Assembly: GCA_964581515.1 (NCBI GenBank)
Contig: CAZOOV010000007.1
Span: 12,698 to 76,697 of the forward strand
DNA: 64,000 nucleotides
Direction: 5' to 3'
Source: an uncultured Methanosarcinales archaeon
Lineage (GTDB): Archaea; Nanobdellota; Nanobdellia; Woesearchaeales; JACJVV01
A program made the translations under genes and the position numbers. The number at the start of each line of letters is the position of its first letter. The first letter of the stretch is position 1. Below are positions 30,771 through 40,655 of the stretch, piece by piece. The notes under the pieces are model-generated. The model saw nothing but the letters and a program-made list of their open reading frames with translations, was not told where the DNA came from and did no database searches.

Positions 30771-31848
30771 TGATAATAAGACGGTAGACAATAAGAAGAC
30801 AGCAGGCTTAGAAGATGTTACGAGAGGAGGGACAAAAGATAATGACAAAGGAAGGAAAGCACTTCCTAAACTAGACCTAAATATAACAAACAACTGCAAT
30901 TATAGGTGTGTGCATTGTGCTTTTGATTCTGGGCAGTGGGCTCTTCCTGAGCTTTCTCTTGAAGAACTCCGGAAGATACTTACCGATACAAGAGAATTAG
31001 GGGGAGAAAGGTTTGACATCACCGGTGGAGAGCCTCTTGTAAGAAAAGACGTAGGAGAAATAATAAGCATTGGAAAAGAATTAGGATACAAGATTGAACT
31101 TGTTACAAATGGTTCACTCCTGACTCTTGAGAAAATTGTTGATTTTAAGGCAAGAGGGCTTGATTCAATTGCAATGAGCATCGATGGTCCTGATTATGAG
31201 ACCTACAGTAGGATAAGGCTTGTTGATGAAGCAACTTATCAAAAGGTTATGAAGGCAGTTGATGATGTGCTTGATAATGATATTGCACTCAAGATAAATA
31301 CTGTTGCTTTTCAGTCAAACTACAAATCCATTCCTGAAATAACGAAATGGTGCATCGATAAAGGTGTTGCAGAACATGGCCTATATTATTATACTGCAAT
31401 TGGTAGAGGAGAAAGAAATAATGAACTTAGTGTGGATCCTAATGGATGGATTGATTTTGTAAGAAATGAATTGTATCCCTTGAGCGACAGGATGAAGATA
31501 TCATGTGAATTCCCTTTCATAGGTGATGATAAATTGCAGGACAAGGAAACAAGATGTCTTGCTGATGCTGAACAATACCACCTCCAGATACTTCCTGATG
31601 GAAATGTGTATCCCTGCGCAATAATGGCTTCATATCAATTGCCTATTGCAAATCTCCATGAAATTTCTGTTAAGGATATATGGAAAAATAAAGATATGTG
31701 GGATAATTATTGGACAAAAGCAAATGGAATATTTTGTGAGAATAAAGGATGCTGTGTTGATTTTAGTGATTCTTTTGACGTCGCAAAATATGATGATTGT
31801 AAGTTTGTCTGTCCACTTAGGAAATTCTATCCAGGTGATATAGTATGA
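30763..31848 (+). CDS. Radical SAM enzyme with C-terminal SPASM-like Cys cluster (paralogue)
   Basis: NNCNYRCVHC, TGGEPLVRKD, C-terminal CENKGCCVDF...CKFVCP. ATG overlaps upstream stop (ATGGCTGA, 8-nt overlap). Confidence 0.75.
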   Translation: MADDNKTVDNKKTAGLEDVTRGGTKDNDKGRKALPKLDLNITNNCNYRCVHCAFDSGQWALPELSLEELRKILTDTRELGGERFDITGGEPLVRKDVGEIISIGKELGYKIELVTNGSLLTLEKIVDFKARGLDSIAMSIDGPDYETYSRIRLVDEATYQKVMKAVDDVLDNDIALKINTVAFQSNYKSIPEITKWCIDKGVAEHGLYYYTAIGRGERNNELSVDPNGWIDFVRNELYPLSDRMKISCEFPFIGDDKLQDKETRCLADAEQYHLQILPDGNVYPCAIMASYQLPIANLHEISVKDIWKNKDMWDNYWTKANGIFCENKGCCVDFSDSFDVAKYDDCKFVCPLRKFYPGDIV

Positions 31849-32546
31849 ATTATCCTGGTAATAAGCAAGGCAGGCATCCTTTGATTGTATTCGAAGGGCT
31901 TGATTGTACTGGCAAGACTAGCATTGCTACAAGAGTAGCTGAGATGTTAAGTGATGATAAGGATAATAAAAATGATGAGAGTGATAAAAGAGAAGTAATG
32001 TATAATAAAACAAGACAAAGAATATCGAAGAAATTTCCAGTAGGTTTAGCATATCTAACAGATGAGTTAATCAATGATTATCTTGTTATGAGGCCTAATT
32101 TGAATCATAGATCTGTTATTCAAGATAGATCTTTTTTCTCTACACTCACATATAATGCAGCAATAACAGGTAGTAAGGTGTTAAGAGCTTCAAAATATTT
32201 GTTTACAAAACCAAATCTTGTTGTTTATCTTACAGCGAGTGATGAAGTTAGAGCTGATAGAAGTGTAGAGAGAGGAAGACAAGGGTTTACTAGGATATTT
32301 GATGACCTTGAGCTTGCACATAGGGTAGAAGAGGAGTATAAAGAGATGTTAAGTGATTATAATCATATTATTGTTGATACTAGTAAATTGAGATTAGATG
32401 AAAGTATTGAAATTGTACAGGAGAAAGTAGAGGATTATTTGAGCAATTATCAAAGCAATCGATTAAAATTTTTTACTCTTAATTTTAACTCTTTTTCAGT
32501 AGATACGCATACGAATTTTTATAAATTACAGGAGGATTTGATCTAA
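31845..32546 (+). CDS. P-loop kinase, thymidylate/deoxynucleoside kinase-like
   Basis: Walker A FEGLDCTGKTS, LTASDEVRADRSVERGRQG lid-like region. 4-nt overlap with upstream gene. Confidence 0.55.
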   Translation: MNYPGNKQGRHPLIVFEGLDCTGKTSIATRVAEMLSDDKDNKNDESDKREVMYNKTRQRISKKFPVGLAYLTDELINDYLVMRPNLNHRSVIQDRSFFSTLTYNAAITGSKVLRASKYLFTKPNLVVYLTASDEVRADRSVERGRQGFTRIFDDLELAHRVEEEYKEMLSDYNHIIVDTSKLRLDESIEIVQEKVEDYLSNYQSNRLKFFTLNFNSFSVDTHTNFYKLQEDLI

Positions 32547-32547
32547 G

Positions 32548-34308
32548 ATGACAAAAGAATTAATAGTGGGTTTTCCAGTAAATGAGTTTTCATTATGTGA
32601 TAAATTATTTGGCAAGCCGTATTTCTTCAATCAAAATGGTGGGCTTGAAGAATGGGCAAAATCTATGGAAGGAGGATTTCTTGAACAGCATTTCCAGACA
32701 GTCAGTGAGATAAACAGAATACTTGATTCACCTGAAAGATTATCTGAATTCAAGGCAAAGATTGACGAATATAGGGAGAATGCACTCGAAGTCACTATGC
32801 ACGCACCTTTTCTTAAGGCACATTCAGATGATCCTGATAAACAGAGTTTTCTTGGTTTTGATTTTGAATGGTTAGTTGCGCCTGTAGAGTATAAGGATAA
32901 ACCCATTAAAGATTTTTATGTAGGAGAGAACAGCCATAAGAAACATATCCAGATAGGTTGTCTCGAAGCAAAGATAGAAGATATGAAAAGAACAATTGAT
33001 CTTGCTTCTGTTGCTGGCATAGAGATGCTTACAGTGCATGTTGCTGTTCCAGGAATATTTCTCAATGATAATGATTTTCAGAGGTATACTGATAAGATAT
33101 GCGAGCTTGCTGATTATATCCGGGATGGTGATAAAAATGTCCAGCTTGCTGTAGAGACAGGTGGTGTTAGAGTTAGTCAGATGCGTAAGCTTTACAAGGA
33201 TACAAAAGAAAGAACAGGTTATGAAATTGCATATAATTTAGACACTGCACACATGCTACTAGATACTATGGAATCTGCCAAGATACGGTTAAAAGAAACT
33301 ATGAGTCCAGAAGATGGGCAAAAAAAAGTAGAAGCTATGATTCCGCGTATCAATAAGTTTGTCAATGCATTTTATGAACGAGAAAAGGATAAGATTGAAG
33401 TTGTCCATTTGACTCAGACTGGTCTTTGGGCTGACCTTCATATGGGGATAGAAGATGATCTTGGAATATTGACATGTAATGAAGGAGTCATAAAGGCTGC
33501 TAATGAAGAATTTGTAGAGAAAGGAGTTAAGAGATATCTTATGATTGAGTCTCAACCATCAAATGAAGGAGTACTACATTTCATTAAAGCAAAAGCAGGA
33601 GAGATTAGTGATGCTCGAAGGCAAGGAAATGATTATACTTTATCTGTATTCATGGGCAGACCATGCAACGGCAAATCACAAGCTCTTGACATCTTAAGGG
33701 ATAATGGGTATTTTACAGAAGATGCAAGCATCATAAGATCAGATGTACTTAGGGAGAAATATGCAGTAGAGGCATTCTCTGTCAATGAATGGGTTCCAAG
33801 AGAGAGAAGACAAATTGTCTATAATGAAGGTTTTAGAAGAGCTGGTCTTAGCATGATGCTCAAAAGAGGAACAGTGTTTGATGCTACTTTTGATATGAGA
33901 GACAATAGAGAGAAACTTTATGGTCTTGCAGTTGAGAATGGAATCAAAGATGTGTACATGCTTGATTTTTATTGTGAACCTGGAGAAGCTATTGAAAGAA
34001 TAAAAAGTAGAGATCAAACTCTACTACTGGAAGAAGCAAATGGAAATAATCCTGAAGGACATTTATGTATGAGAAATCCACAAAAGTATGGGCGCTTTGA
34101 GATGGAATTTGAAGATATGGATCATGAAGCAGAAGCACAATCATTACAAGGTGTTGAGCTCCACACCATATGTATAGATACTTCAAGCAATGCTAGAAAA
34201 ATAACAATATCCAATCCAGACCAAAGGTCAATGATGATGGCAAAGATTCTTGCTGGTGAATATAAGAAAATGTATAAAGCAGATTATTCTGTTGAGCAAG
34301 TCATGTAA
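32548..34308 (+). CDS. Fusion protein: N-terminal ~330-aa domain (tentatively sugar-phosphate isomerase/epimerase-like TIM barrel) plus C-terminal P-loop kinase (AAA_33/zeta-like)
   Basis: C-terminal Walker A GRPCNGKSQ. N-terminal NLDTAH/HAPF-type motifs. Starts 1 nt after upstream stop. Confidence 0.5.
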   Translation: MTKELIVGFPVNEFSLCDKLFGKPYFFNQNGGLEEWAKSMEGGFLEQHFQTVSEINRILDSPERLSEFKAKIDEYRENALEVTMHAPFLKAHSDDPDKQSFLGFDFEWLVAPVEYKDKPIKDFYVGENSHKKHIQIGCLEAKIEDMKRTIDLASVAGIEMLTVHVAVPGIFLNDNDFQRYTDKICELADYIRDGDKNVQLAVETGGVRVSQMRKLYKDTKERTGYEIAYNLDTAHMLLDTMESAKIRLKETMSPEDGQKKVEAMIPRINKFVNAFYEREKDKIEVVHLTQTGLWADLHMGIEDDLGILTCNEGVIKAANEEFVEKGVKRYLMIESQPSNEGVLHFIKAKAGEISDARRQGNDYTLSVFMGRPCNGKSQALDILRDNGYFTEDASIIRSDVLREKYAVEAFSVNEWVPRERRQIVYNEGFRRAGLSMMLKRGTVFDATFDMRDNREKLYGLAVENGIKDVYMLDFYCEPGEAIERIKSRDQTLLLEEANGNNPEGHLCMRNPQKYGRFEMEFEDMDHEAEAQSLQGVELHTICIDTSSNARKITISNPDQRSMMMAKILAGEYKKMYKADYSVEQVM

Positions 34309-34381
34309 CAATATAATAAACACCATCCATGTAGTTATAATAAGCAAAAAATACATAAATGGTACGACTTGTTTCTTTTTT

Positions 34382-35395
34382 ATGAATAAAGTATTAATTG
34401 CAGAACAGATCGATAAAATACTGGAGAACATAGACATTAACAGGCTGGGCAATAATGTCGGCATAAAGGTGCATTTTGGAGAGAAAGGATGCAACACTTA
34501 CATTGACCCTGCTCTTGTTAAGGCAGCATATGATAAGGTTGTTTCTTTAGGTAAGAAATGCACACTGATTGAGACAAATGTCCTGTATAGAGGGAGCAGG
34601 ACAAATACTACTGATCATCTAAAGACAGCAAAGTCTCATGGATTTGATTTTGCACCTATTGATATTCTTGATGGAGAGATGGGGGATGAGTTTATAGAAG
34701 TCAAACTAGATAAAGGACTCGCTAATCCTGTTAAGATTGCGAAAGGAGTAGAGAAATATGATTCTATGATTGTACTGACACATTTCAAAGGTCACATTGC
34801 AGCAGGTTATGGTGGTGCTTTCAAAAATATAGGTATGGGTATGGGTTCACGTGCAGGAAAACTGCACATGCATTCTAATGTAAGTCCTGTAATTAACAAA
34901 GAACCTTGTACTGGTTGTGGTATTTGTGTGAAAAATTGTGATTTTGATGCAATTACTATCATTGATGGAAAAGCAGAAATCAATCCTGATAAATGTGTAG
35001 GGTGCGCTATGTGCATAGCAGTATGTCCTGTTCAGGCACCTCAAGTTCCTTGGATGGGCTCTACACATGAAGAATTACAAAAGAAAATTGTCGATTATGC
35101 ACGAGGAGTTATTGAGACTATTGGGAAAGATAAAATAGTTTATATTAATGTTATGAAAACAATAACACCTGAATGTGATTGCATGGGTATTGAGCAAGAA
35201 CCTATGATGGATGATGTAGGAGTTCTTATGGGTGATGACCCTGTTGCTATTGATAAAGCATGTCTTGATCTGGCTGAAGAAAAATCTGCAGGTAAATTTG
35301 ATAAGGTTAATTCTATTGATAAGAGTGTGCAGGTTGAATATGCATGCGAGAAAGGATTGGGTTCTAAGGAATATGAATTGGTTAAGTTAGATTAG
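34382..35395 (+). CDS. DUF362-like protein with embedded 2x[4Fe-4S] ferredoxin domain
   Basis: CTGCGICVKNCDFDA...CVGCAMCIAVCP. Start at MNKVLIAEQ chosen to avoid overlap with upstream gene. Confidence 0.55.
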   Translation: MNKVLIAEQIDKILENIDINRLGNNVGIKVHFGEKGCNTYIDPALVKAAYDKVVSLGKKCTLIETNVLYRGSRTNTTDHLKTAKSHGFDFAPIDILDGEMGDEFIEVKLDKGLANPVKIAKGVEKYDSMIVLTHFKGHIAAGYGGAFKNIGMGMGSRAGKLHMHSNVSPVINKEPCTGCGICVKNCDFDAITIIDGKAEINPDKCVGCAMCIAVCPVQAPQVPWMGSTHEELQKKIVDYARGVIETIGKDKIVYINVMKTITPECDCMGIEQEPMMDDVGVLMGDDPVAIDKACLDLAEEKSAGKFDKVNSIDKSVQVEYACEKGLGSKEYELVKLD

Positions 35396-35409
35396 TTGGA
35401 TTAGAAATA

Positions 35410-36450
35410 TTAGTTTGTGTTGGTTCTGGTTGCTATTATATTATGGCTTGGACAATTGTAAAAACCAGGTCCATTCATATAGAGGTTCTCGAAAATTCTT
35501 GCTTGAAATCCATTCTTTTCAAGATGGTCCTTTTGTGCTAGTGCAAATAAAAGTTTTAGTGTGTTTGCAAAATATCTTTCTGAAGGTTTTTGAGTATCAT
35601 ATTTCTGATTCATGAGGTCTGCTACACTACTATCTGGATCATAGATGAGATCAATTACTTTTGATGTTTCTGCCTCAGACATATGTGATGAAAGAAAGTT
35701 TCTCATGAGTCCATATGCTCGAGAATCAGGTTTTATCATTTCTAATGCTGAATTGTTGAAGTAAACTTTTTCTGCTTCTAGTTCAATTGCTAATTGTGCA
35801 GTTATATTACCAAGTCCAATAGGATTTCTCATACCCATCATAAATACTCTTTTTCCTTGTGTATCTATTGGTAGGGTGTAAGAATCGAGAGATAATTTAC
35901 TGTGAACATATCTTACATTATGATATCCATTTACTTGTAATAGTTTATTGAAAGTTGCCTGTGCATCATCTGTTATTGGAACTTTCACTTTGAATTCTTC
36001 GCCGGCAATATCATTTCTAGGAAATACTTTGTAGAGCTCTGCTTTTTCAAGCTCAGCTCTGCCATATTTATCCACCATTACAACCTGTAAGTTTGGTTTT
36101 GCTCTAGCTAAAGGTCTTGTAAGCCTTCTACCCATCCCAGAACCAATATCAATCAGCATACAATCTTCACTGTCTGGTATATCTTTTAATGGAGTCTTCT
36201 CAAAATCCTTATTGAACATATCAGGCAATTCAATATGATTATAATCATTCTCATAAACTTCTTCACCAAGTAGTTCTGGTTGGAAATGATTAGGGTCAGC
36301 CCTATACCAAGGGTAAGATTGAGCTAGAGGAGTCATAAAACCAGCTTGATCTTCTGCTCTGAAATCAGGAGCTTTTCCTGGTTCATCAAGATGACCATAT
36401 TTCTTTAGGAATCTTACTGCTCGTTCTGTCAATTGAGTTAAGTTTAACAT
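35410..36450 (-). CDS. Class I SAM-dependent methyltransferase-like protein
   Basis: IDIGSGMGRRL (GxGxG) and VVMVDKY motifs. Confidence 0.5.
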   Translation of the reverse strand: MLNLTQLTERAVRFLKKYGHLDEPGKAPDFRAEDQAGFMTPLAQSYPWYRADPNHFQPELLGEEVYENDYNHIELPDMFNKDFEKTPLKDIPDSEDCMLIDIGSGMGRRLTRPLARAKPNLQVVMVDKYGRAELEKAELYKVFPRNDIAGEEFKVKVPITDDAQATFNKLLQVNGYHNVRYVHSKLSLDSYTLPIDTQGKRVFMMGMRNPIGLGNITAQLAIELEAEKVYFNNSALEMIKPDSRAYGLMRNFLSSHMSEAETSKVIDLIYDPDSSVADLMNQKYDTQKPSERYFANTLKLLFALAQKDHLEKNGFQARIFENLYMNGPGFYNCPSHNIIATRTNTN

Positions 36451-36561
36451 AATTATGAGGTTGTAAAACGCCTTATAAATCTAATGGTTAATATTAGAAA
36501 TAAGGGATAATTCGAGATTAGGAATCATTAGAAATATGGGATTGCATATATCAGAATTTGT

Positions 36562-37011
36562 TCATTCTTCGAATTTGATATCAGGTACTGCATATCTAAG
36601 GATAATATTTACACCAATTCTTTTGATATATTTAGCTTTAATAGTATAAGATTTACCTAAAGAATGCTTTTTTACTATTATCGCTATGAGTTTATTATCT
36701 GGATATTCTTCTACATCTGACACAATCCCTACACTCTTGCCGTGTTTATCAAATACTTCCATGCCTTTTAATTTAGGGTGTGGTGATTGATTCAGAAAGA
36801 CAGAGTCAATACCAAAATTGCTGATTAAGTCAAGACCAATGAAGAGATCTGCTTTCATAAAGCCTTGATCAACAAGTATACCAAGAATTCTTTTTGTCTT
36901 CTTGTCTATCTTCAACTGCTGGACAATCCCTATCCTATCCCCATCAATATCGACGACGTCTTTTCCAAGTATATCATCAGAAGTTATAACTTCTTTTTCT
37001 TTGCTTATCAT
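36562..37011 (-). CDS. PRC-barrel domain protein (tandem)
   Basis: Two G[KR]x[VI]xxxxGxxIGxV-like segments (LGKDVVDIDGDRIGIV, VFDKHGKSVGIV). Confidence 0.4.
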   Translation of the reverse strand: MISKEKEVITSDDILGKDVVDIDGDRIGIVQQLKIDKKTKRILGILVDQGFMKADLFIGLDLISNFGIDSVFLNQSPHPKLKGMEVFDKHGKSVGIVSDVEEYPDNKLIAIIVKKHSLGKSYTIKAKYIKRIGVNIILRYAVPDIKFEE

Positions 37012-37451
37012 TTTTGAATTACTTTGTTAAGAATTATATTCTTTCCAATAATTCCAATATCTGACTTTGGAATTGTCCTTGAAGGTGTAAAAAGATTTTT
37101 CTTGACAAGAAGACTCTCAAAGTCATTAAGATGTGTGTTTCTTGTTATTCTTTTGACTTTTCCAAGTTTCTTTCCATCCTTATCAAAAACATCTCTTCTT
37201 AATAATGTAGTGATTGGATTTATCTTAAGGATGATTGAATCAGAATTGAACTCATCTATGTAAGAACGATCTATCAACATTTTTTTAGTCTTAAAGATAC
37301 CCCATACATATATACCCATTATGTTATTTGCATCAAAAGCTATGTCTTTTACTCTACCTATTATCTCTCCATTCTCGCAGATTACTTTCTTGCCAATTAT
37401 TGCTTTAAGGCTGAAGTCTGTCTTCAGTTGTCTTGCGCTTATTACTTCCAT
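37008..37451 (-). CDS. PRC-barrel domain protein (tandem)
   Basis: IGKKVICENGEIIGRV and VFDKDGKKLGKV. 4-nt overlap with downstream paralogue. Confidence 0.4.
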   Translation of the reverse strand: MEVISARQLKTDFSLKAIIGKKVICENGEIIGRVKDIAFDANNIMGIYVWGIFKTKKMLIDRSYIDEFNSDSIILKINPITTLLRRDVFDKDGKKLGKVKRITRNTHLNDFESLLVKKNLFTPSRTIPKSDIGIIGKNIILNKVIQK

Positions 37452-37533
37452 ATTAATGACCTCTTATGATTGCATATATAAATCTTATATATAAAAAGTT
37501 TACTTTAATTTATTCTAGTCTCATATCTTTGAT

Positions 37534-38157
37534 TTATTTTAAGATCGTGCTGAACACTGCTAATAATGCCATATATTTGAGCATCTGCCCAAGCATAGTG
37601 AATATCAATAATCTTAATTTATTGTATTTGAAGACTCCAAGTATGAAAGTTACTTGTTGTGATGGAAGGAATGGAATTATGTTTGCAACAAGTATTGCAA
37701 GCTTGCCATGCCTATTGATTATTGATTTAATCTTATAGAACTTTCTTGGAGAGACAAGACGTTTTGCAATTTTTGATAATTTAAGCCCAATAAGATAATC
37801 TATTGAATAGGATACAAGTATTCCAATAATAAATATGGTGAATAAAACTAGTCCGTTATTATTTTGTAATGCTGGAACGAAATAACCTTCCATTGGAACG
37901 AATATGAAGAACATACCACCAAAAAATGCCACATAAAGTGAACCAAGCATAGTCCAGTTAGTTATATGAAATTTTACATGAGTAAAAAAGTCTGCAAGAA
38001 ATGAATTCTGAAGCAAAGCCATATCTCTTAGAAAAACAATGTATGTCAGAATAATTAAGACTGCAACTGCAGAGAATATTATTAAAGCCAAGCCTTCTAA
38101 TTTCTTTTTTTTTGAATTCAGCTCTAAAACAAGATTTTTTGCTAGTTCTATTGCCAT
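37534..38157 (-). CDS. Polytopic membrane protein (DedA/VTT-like?)
   Basis: 5-6 hydrophobic helices. Confidence 0.4.
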   Translation of the reverse strand: MAIELAKNLVLELNSKKKKLEGLALIIFSAVAVLIILTYIVFLRDMALLQNSFLADFFTHVKFHITNWTMLGSLYVAFFGGMFFIFVPMEGYFVPALQNNNGLVLFTIFIIGILVSYSIDYLIGLKLSKIAKRLVSPRKFYKIKSIINRHGKLAILVANIIPFLPSQQVTFILGVFKYNKLRLLIFTMLGQMLKYMALLAVFSTILK

Positions 38158-38233
38158 GTCAACAGCTGAAGTTATTGATTTTATATGTGTTTCTGAGAAA
38201 TAGCATAATCAGTGGAATTATAAGATTGATACA

Positions 38234-38632
38234 TCATTTATCAAGGTCTAGAATATTCTCAAGTGATGCTCTTTGAGATATTATATATTCTCCTGCTTCG
38301 TTTATTGCATCTCTCAATAACCACCCTCCATATATCACAAATCCTGCAATGATTATTGCAGTTGCATAACCTAATCCTCTCTTCAATCTGCTTGTTGTCT
38401 CAAGCGTACATGAAAATTCCAAAGATCTAGAACCTCTAAATGAACGATGGTTTGCAGTCGTAATCATAGAACAATTCCTTTCATCATATTCATATCCTGG
38501 AACGCGTGCAGAGTATCTTGTCAATTGAGCTAAAGTTTTTTGTTTCCATCTTTTTGATCGTACCATGTCAGGCATCAATGCTGCTCTTTCATCTACACGT
38601 GCCTTTATCTGATCCATATACCGTCGTCCCAT
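38234..38632 (-). CDS. Hypothetical membrane protein
   Basis: ORF only, one C-terminal TM helix. Confidence 0.35.
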   Translation of the reverse strand: MGRRYMDQIKARVDERAALMPDMVRSKRWKQKTLAQLTRYSARVPGYEYDERNCSMITTANHRSFRGSRSLEFSCTLETTSRLKRGLGYATAIIIAGFVIYGGWLLRDAINEAGEYIISQRASLENILDLDK

Positions 38633-38784
38633 CCTGCTATAATATACTTTCTTCTCAAAATAGAACGGTTCATGGGAATGATCTATCAGATTGTCTAAAT
38701 GCTCATGTGTAAGCTGAGGTCTGTATGGATCATCATAAGGATTATTCTTTGCAACATCATTTTTTGATCTAGCAACAGGGATTT

Positions 38785-40497
38785 TCAGCCGCCTCCTATC
38801 TGAGATTCAATCATCTCATTTGTCTTCTGTATCAATAAAGATCGGTAGTCCCTAAAATAGCTTGGAGGAAGTTCTCTCATTATCTCTCCAGGAGAAGTCA
38901 TCTGGTCAAATAATAGATATAATGCATTTAGTGCAAAAGGTTTTTGCTCTCCTCTTTTGAATATTTCTTTCATCTTTATTCTTCCCATTGGATCCTTATT
39001 GCATATATCAGCTATTGCAAGTGCATGTTCTTCATCATCCTGCTGATGGATATATAATTCAATGATCGGTTTTCGGCCGTAAAATCCTGTGCCTTCGCAA
39101 GTAGGACAAAGATTACCATTCATCTTCCCTGTGCTTTCTGCAACTTCAGGAATCATCTTCCTTGCCATGAATTCCTCATATTCTTTATCTTTCTCACCTT
39201 CTTTTGGAGGTTGGAAGAAATATTTAACTTCATCATCGCTCATCTGTCTGGTTGTAAGGCAATCAGGACAATTCTTTCTTATCAATATTTGAGAGATTAC
39301 ACCTAAAAGTGAATCATTCATTATTGCACCGTCGACGCCAAGGGCAGCCAGTCTTGTCATGGCACTGACTGCACCTTTTGCATGCATCGTAGACACCATT
39401 AAGTGTCCTGTTTGGGAGGTATCGAAGAGGTATTTGGCAGTATTACTGTCTCTTGCCTCTCCTATCATTATGACATCTGGAGCTTGCCTTAAACAATTCT
39501 TAAGGGCAGTATAATAAGATAATAGATTCTCCCCTAGATCCTCTTGTTCTTTTGCAACTACTTGGAATGGTAGTGCACCTCTAAGTCTGTATTCTACAGG
39601 ATCCTCAAATGTTATCTGTTTCTCTTCATAATTTGTCATCTCTGCCATCTCATTAAGAAGACTGCCAACAGTCGTACTTTTTCCTGTGCCTGTCTTTCCT
39701 GTAACAAGAATGACTCCGCTCTTCTCTTTAATTAGGTCTTTTACATTTGTTTCATCTTCTTTATTGAATCCTAAATCACCTAATGTGAACTCTATATCCT
39801 CTGTTTTTAGTATCCTTATGACAACGCTATCTAATTTCTTTCTGGATGTGCCTTGTGCTGCACCTGAATTTGTCTGCATCGCTGATACCCTATAGAATGT
39901 CTCAGAATTCTCTCCATTATAGAAACTTCCTTCTGTTGCAACTTTGCTTTGCTTCCTGCTTTCTTTTTCTACAATCTTTTCTTCAAGATGCGTTGTAAGC
40001 TTTTCCAACTGGTCAAGTGTGAGACTGGCAATATCTCTTAGCCTGCCATCAATCTTCATCTGTACTACGCCTGTACTGCATCTGGTTCTAGGATTGGGAC
40101 ATATATATACATCAGAACACCTCATTTCCTCTCCTACCTTGAGAAGTTCGCTGGCATATTCTTCTGTTTTTGAAGGATCACCAATACCATATCCAAGATC
40201 CTTTTTGCCTAATGCATCTTCAAGGTTCAATACCTCTCTCAGGAATGCAGATGCTGTAACCTGTTCTGCATCGACTTGTTCTACTTTTACGCCCTTCTCT
40301 TGAAGTATGAACATCAGCTTGTCCTGGAGCTCAATATCATCGGGATTGCCTTTGTATGTTATCAGATGTAATCTCTTGCCTGTTGTTCCGTCTTCGATCT
40401 TCTTTAGTAAGAAATCCTTAAGCTGTTGGTTGCTATCAGTTGCACCTAAATATGCATTATGTAGTTCTACTTCATCATCAATTGCCATATATAACAC
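38785..40497 (-). CDS. Type II/IV secretion-system ATPase, GspE/PilB family (with C-terminal tetracysteine)
   Basis: Walker A VTGKTGTGKST, Asp/Walker B VIMIGEARD, His box HLMVSTMHAKGA, CPDC...CPTC tetracysteine. Confidence 0.75.
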   Translation of the reverse strand: MLYMAIDDEVELHNAYLGATDSNQQLKDFLLKKIEDGTTGKRLHLITYKGNPDDIELQDKLMFILQEKGVKVEQVDAEQVTASAFLREVLNLEDALGKKDLGYGIGDPSKTEEYASELLKVGEEMRCSDVYICPNPRTRCSTGVVQMKIDGRLRDIASLTLDQLEKLTTHLEEKIVEKESRKQSKVATEGSFYNGENSETFYRVSAMQTNSGAAQGTSRKKLDSVVIRILKTEDIEFTLGDLGFNKEDETNVKDLIKEKSGVILVTGKTGTGKSTTVGSLLNEMAEMTNYEEKQITFEDPVEYRLRGALPFQVVAKEQEDLGENLLSYYTALKNCLRQAPDVIMIGEARDSNTAKYLFDTSQTGHLMVSTMHAKGAVSAMTRLAALGVDGAIMNDSLLGVISQILIRKNCPDCLTTRQMSDDEVKYFFQPPKEGEKDKEYEEFMARKMIPEVAESTGKMNGNLCPTCEGTGFYGRKPIIELYIHQQDDEEHALAIADICNKDPMGRIKMKEIFKRGEQKPFALNALYLLFDQMTSPGEIMRELPPSYFRDYRSLLIQKTNEMIESQIGGG

Positions 40498-40655
40498 CTA
40501 TTTTACTTTTTTTAATGTTTACTTAGGAAATATATGCAGACAATTAATTTCTATTGCGGACAAAGTACACAGTGTACACAAAAAAGTTTCAAAAGGAATT
40601 AATAATTAAATTATTGATGAAACCTTATTAAAAATTTATAAAGCACAGGAGCATC

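Noticed and set aside
40540-40580. GTACAC-AGT-GTACAC direct/palindromic motif in the divergent promoter between the GspE-like ATPase and the methyltransferase-like gene
   Set aside because: A single short occurrence. It could be a regulator site but there is too little to support a call.
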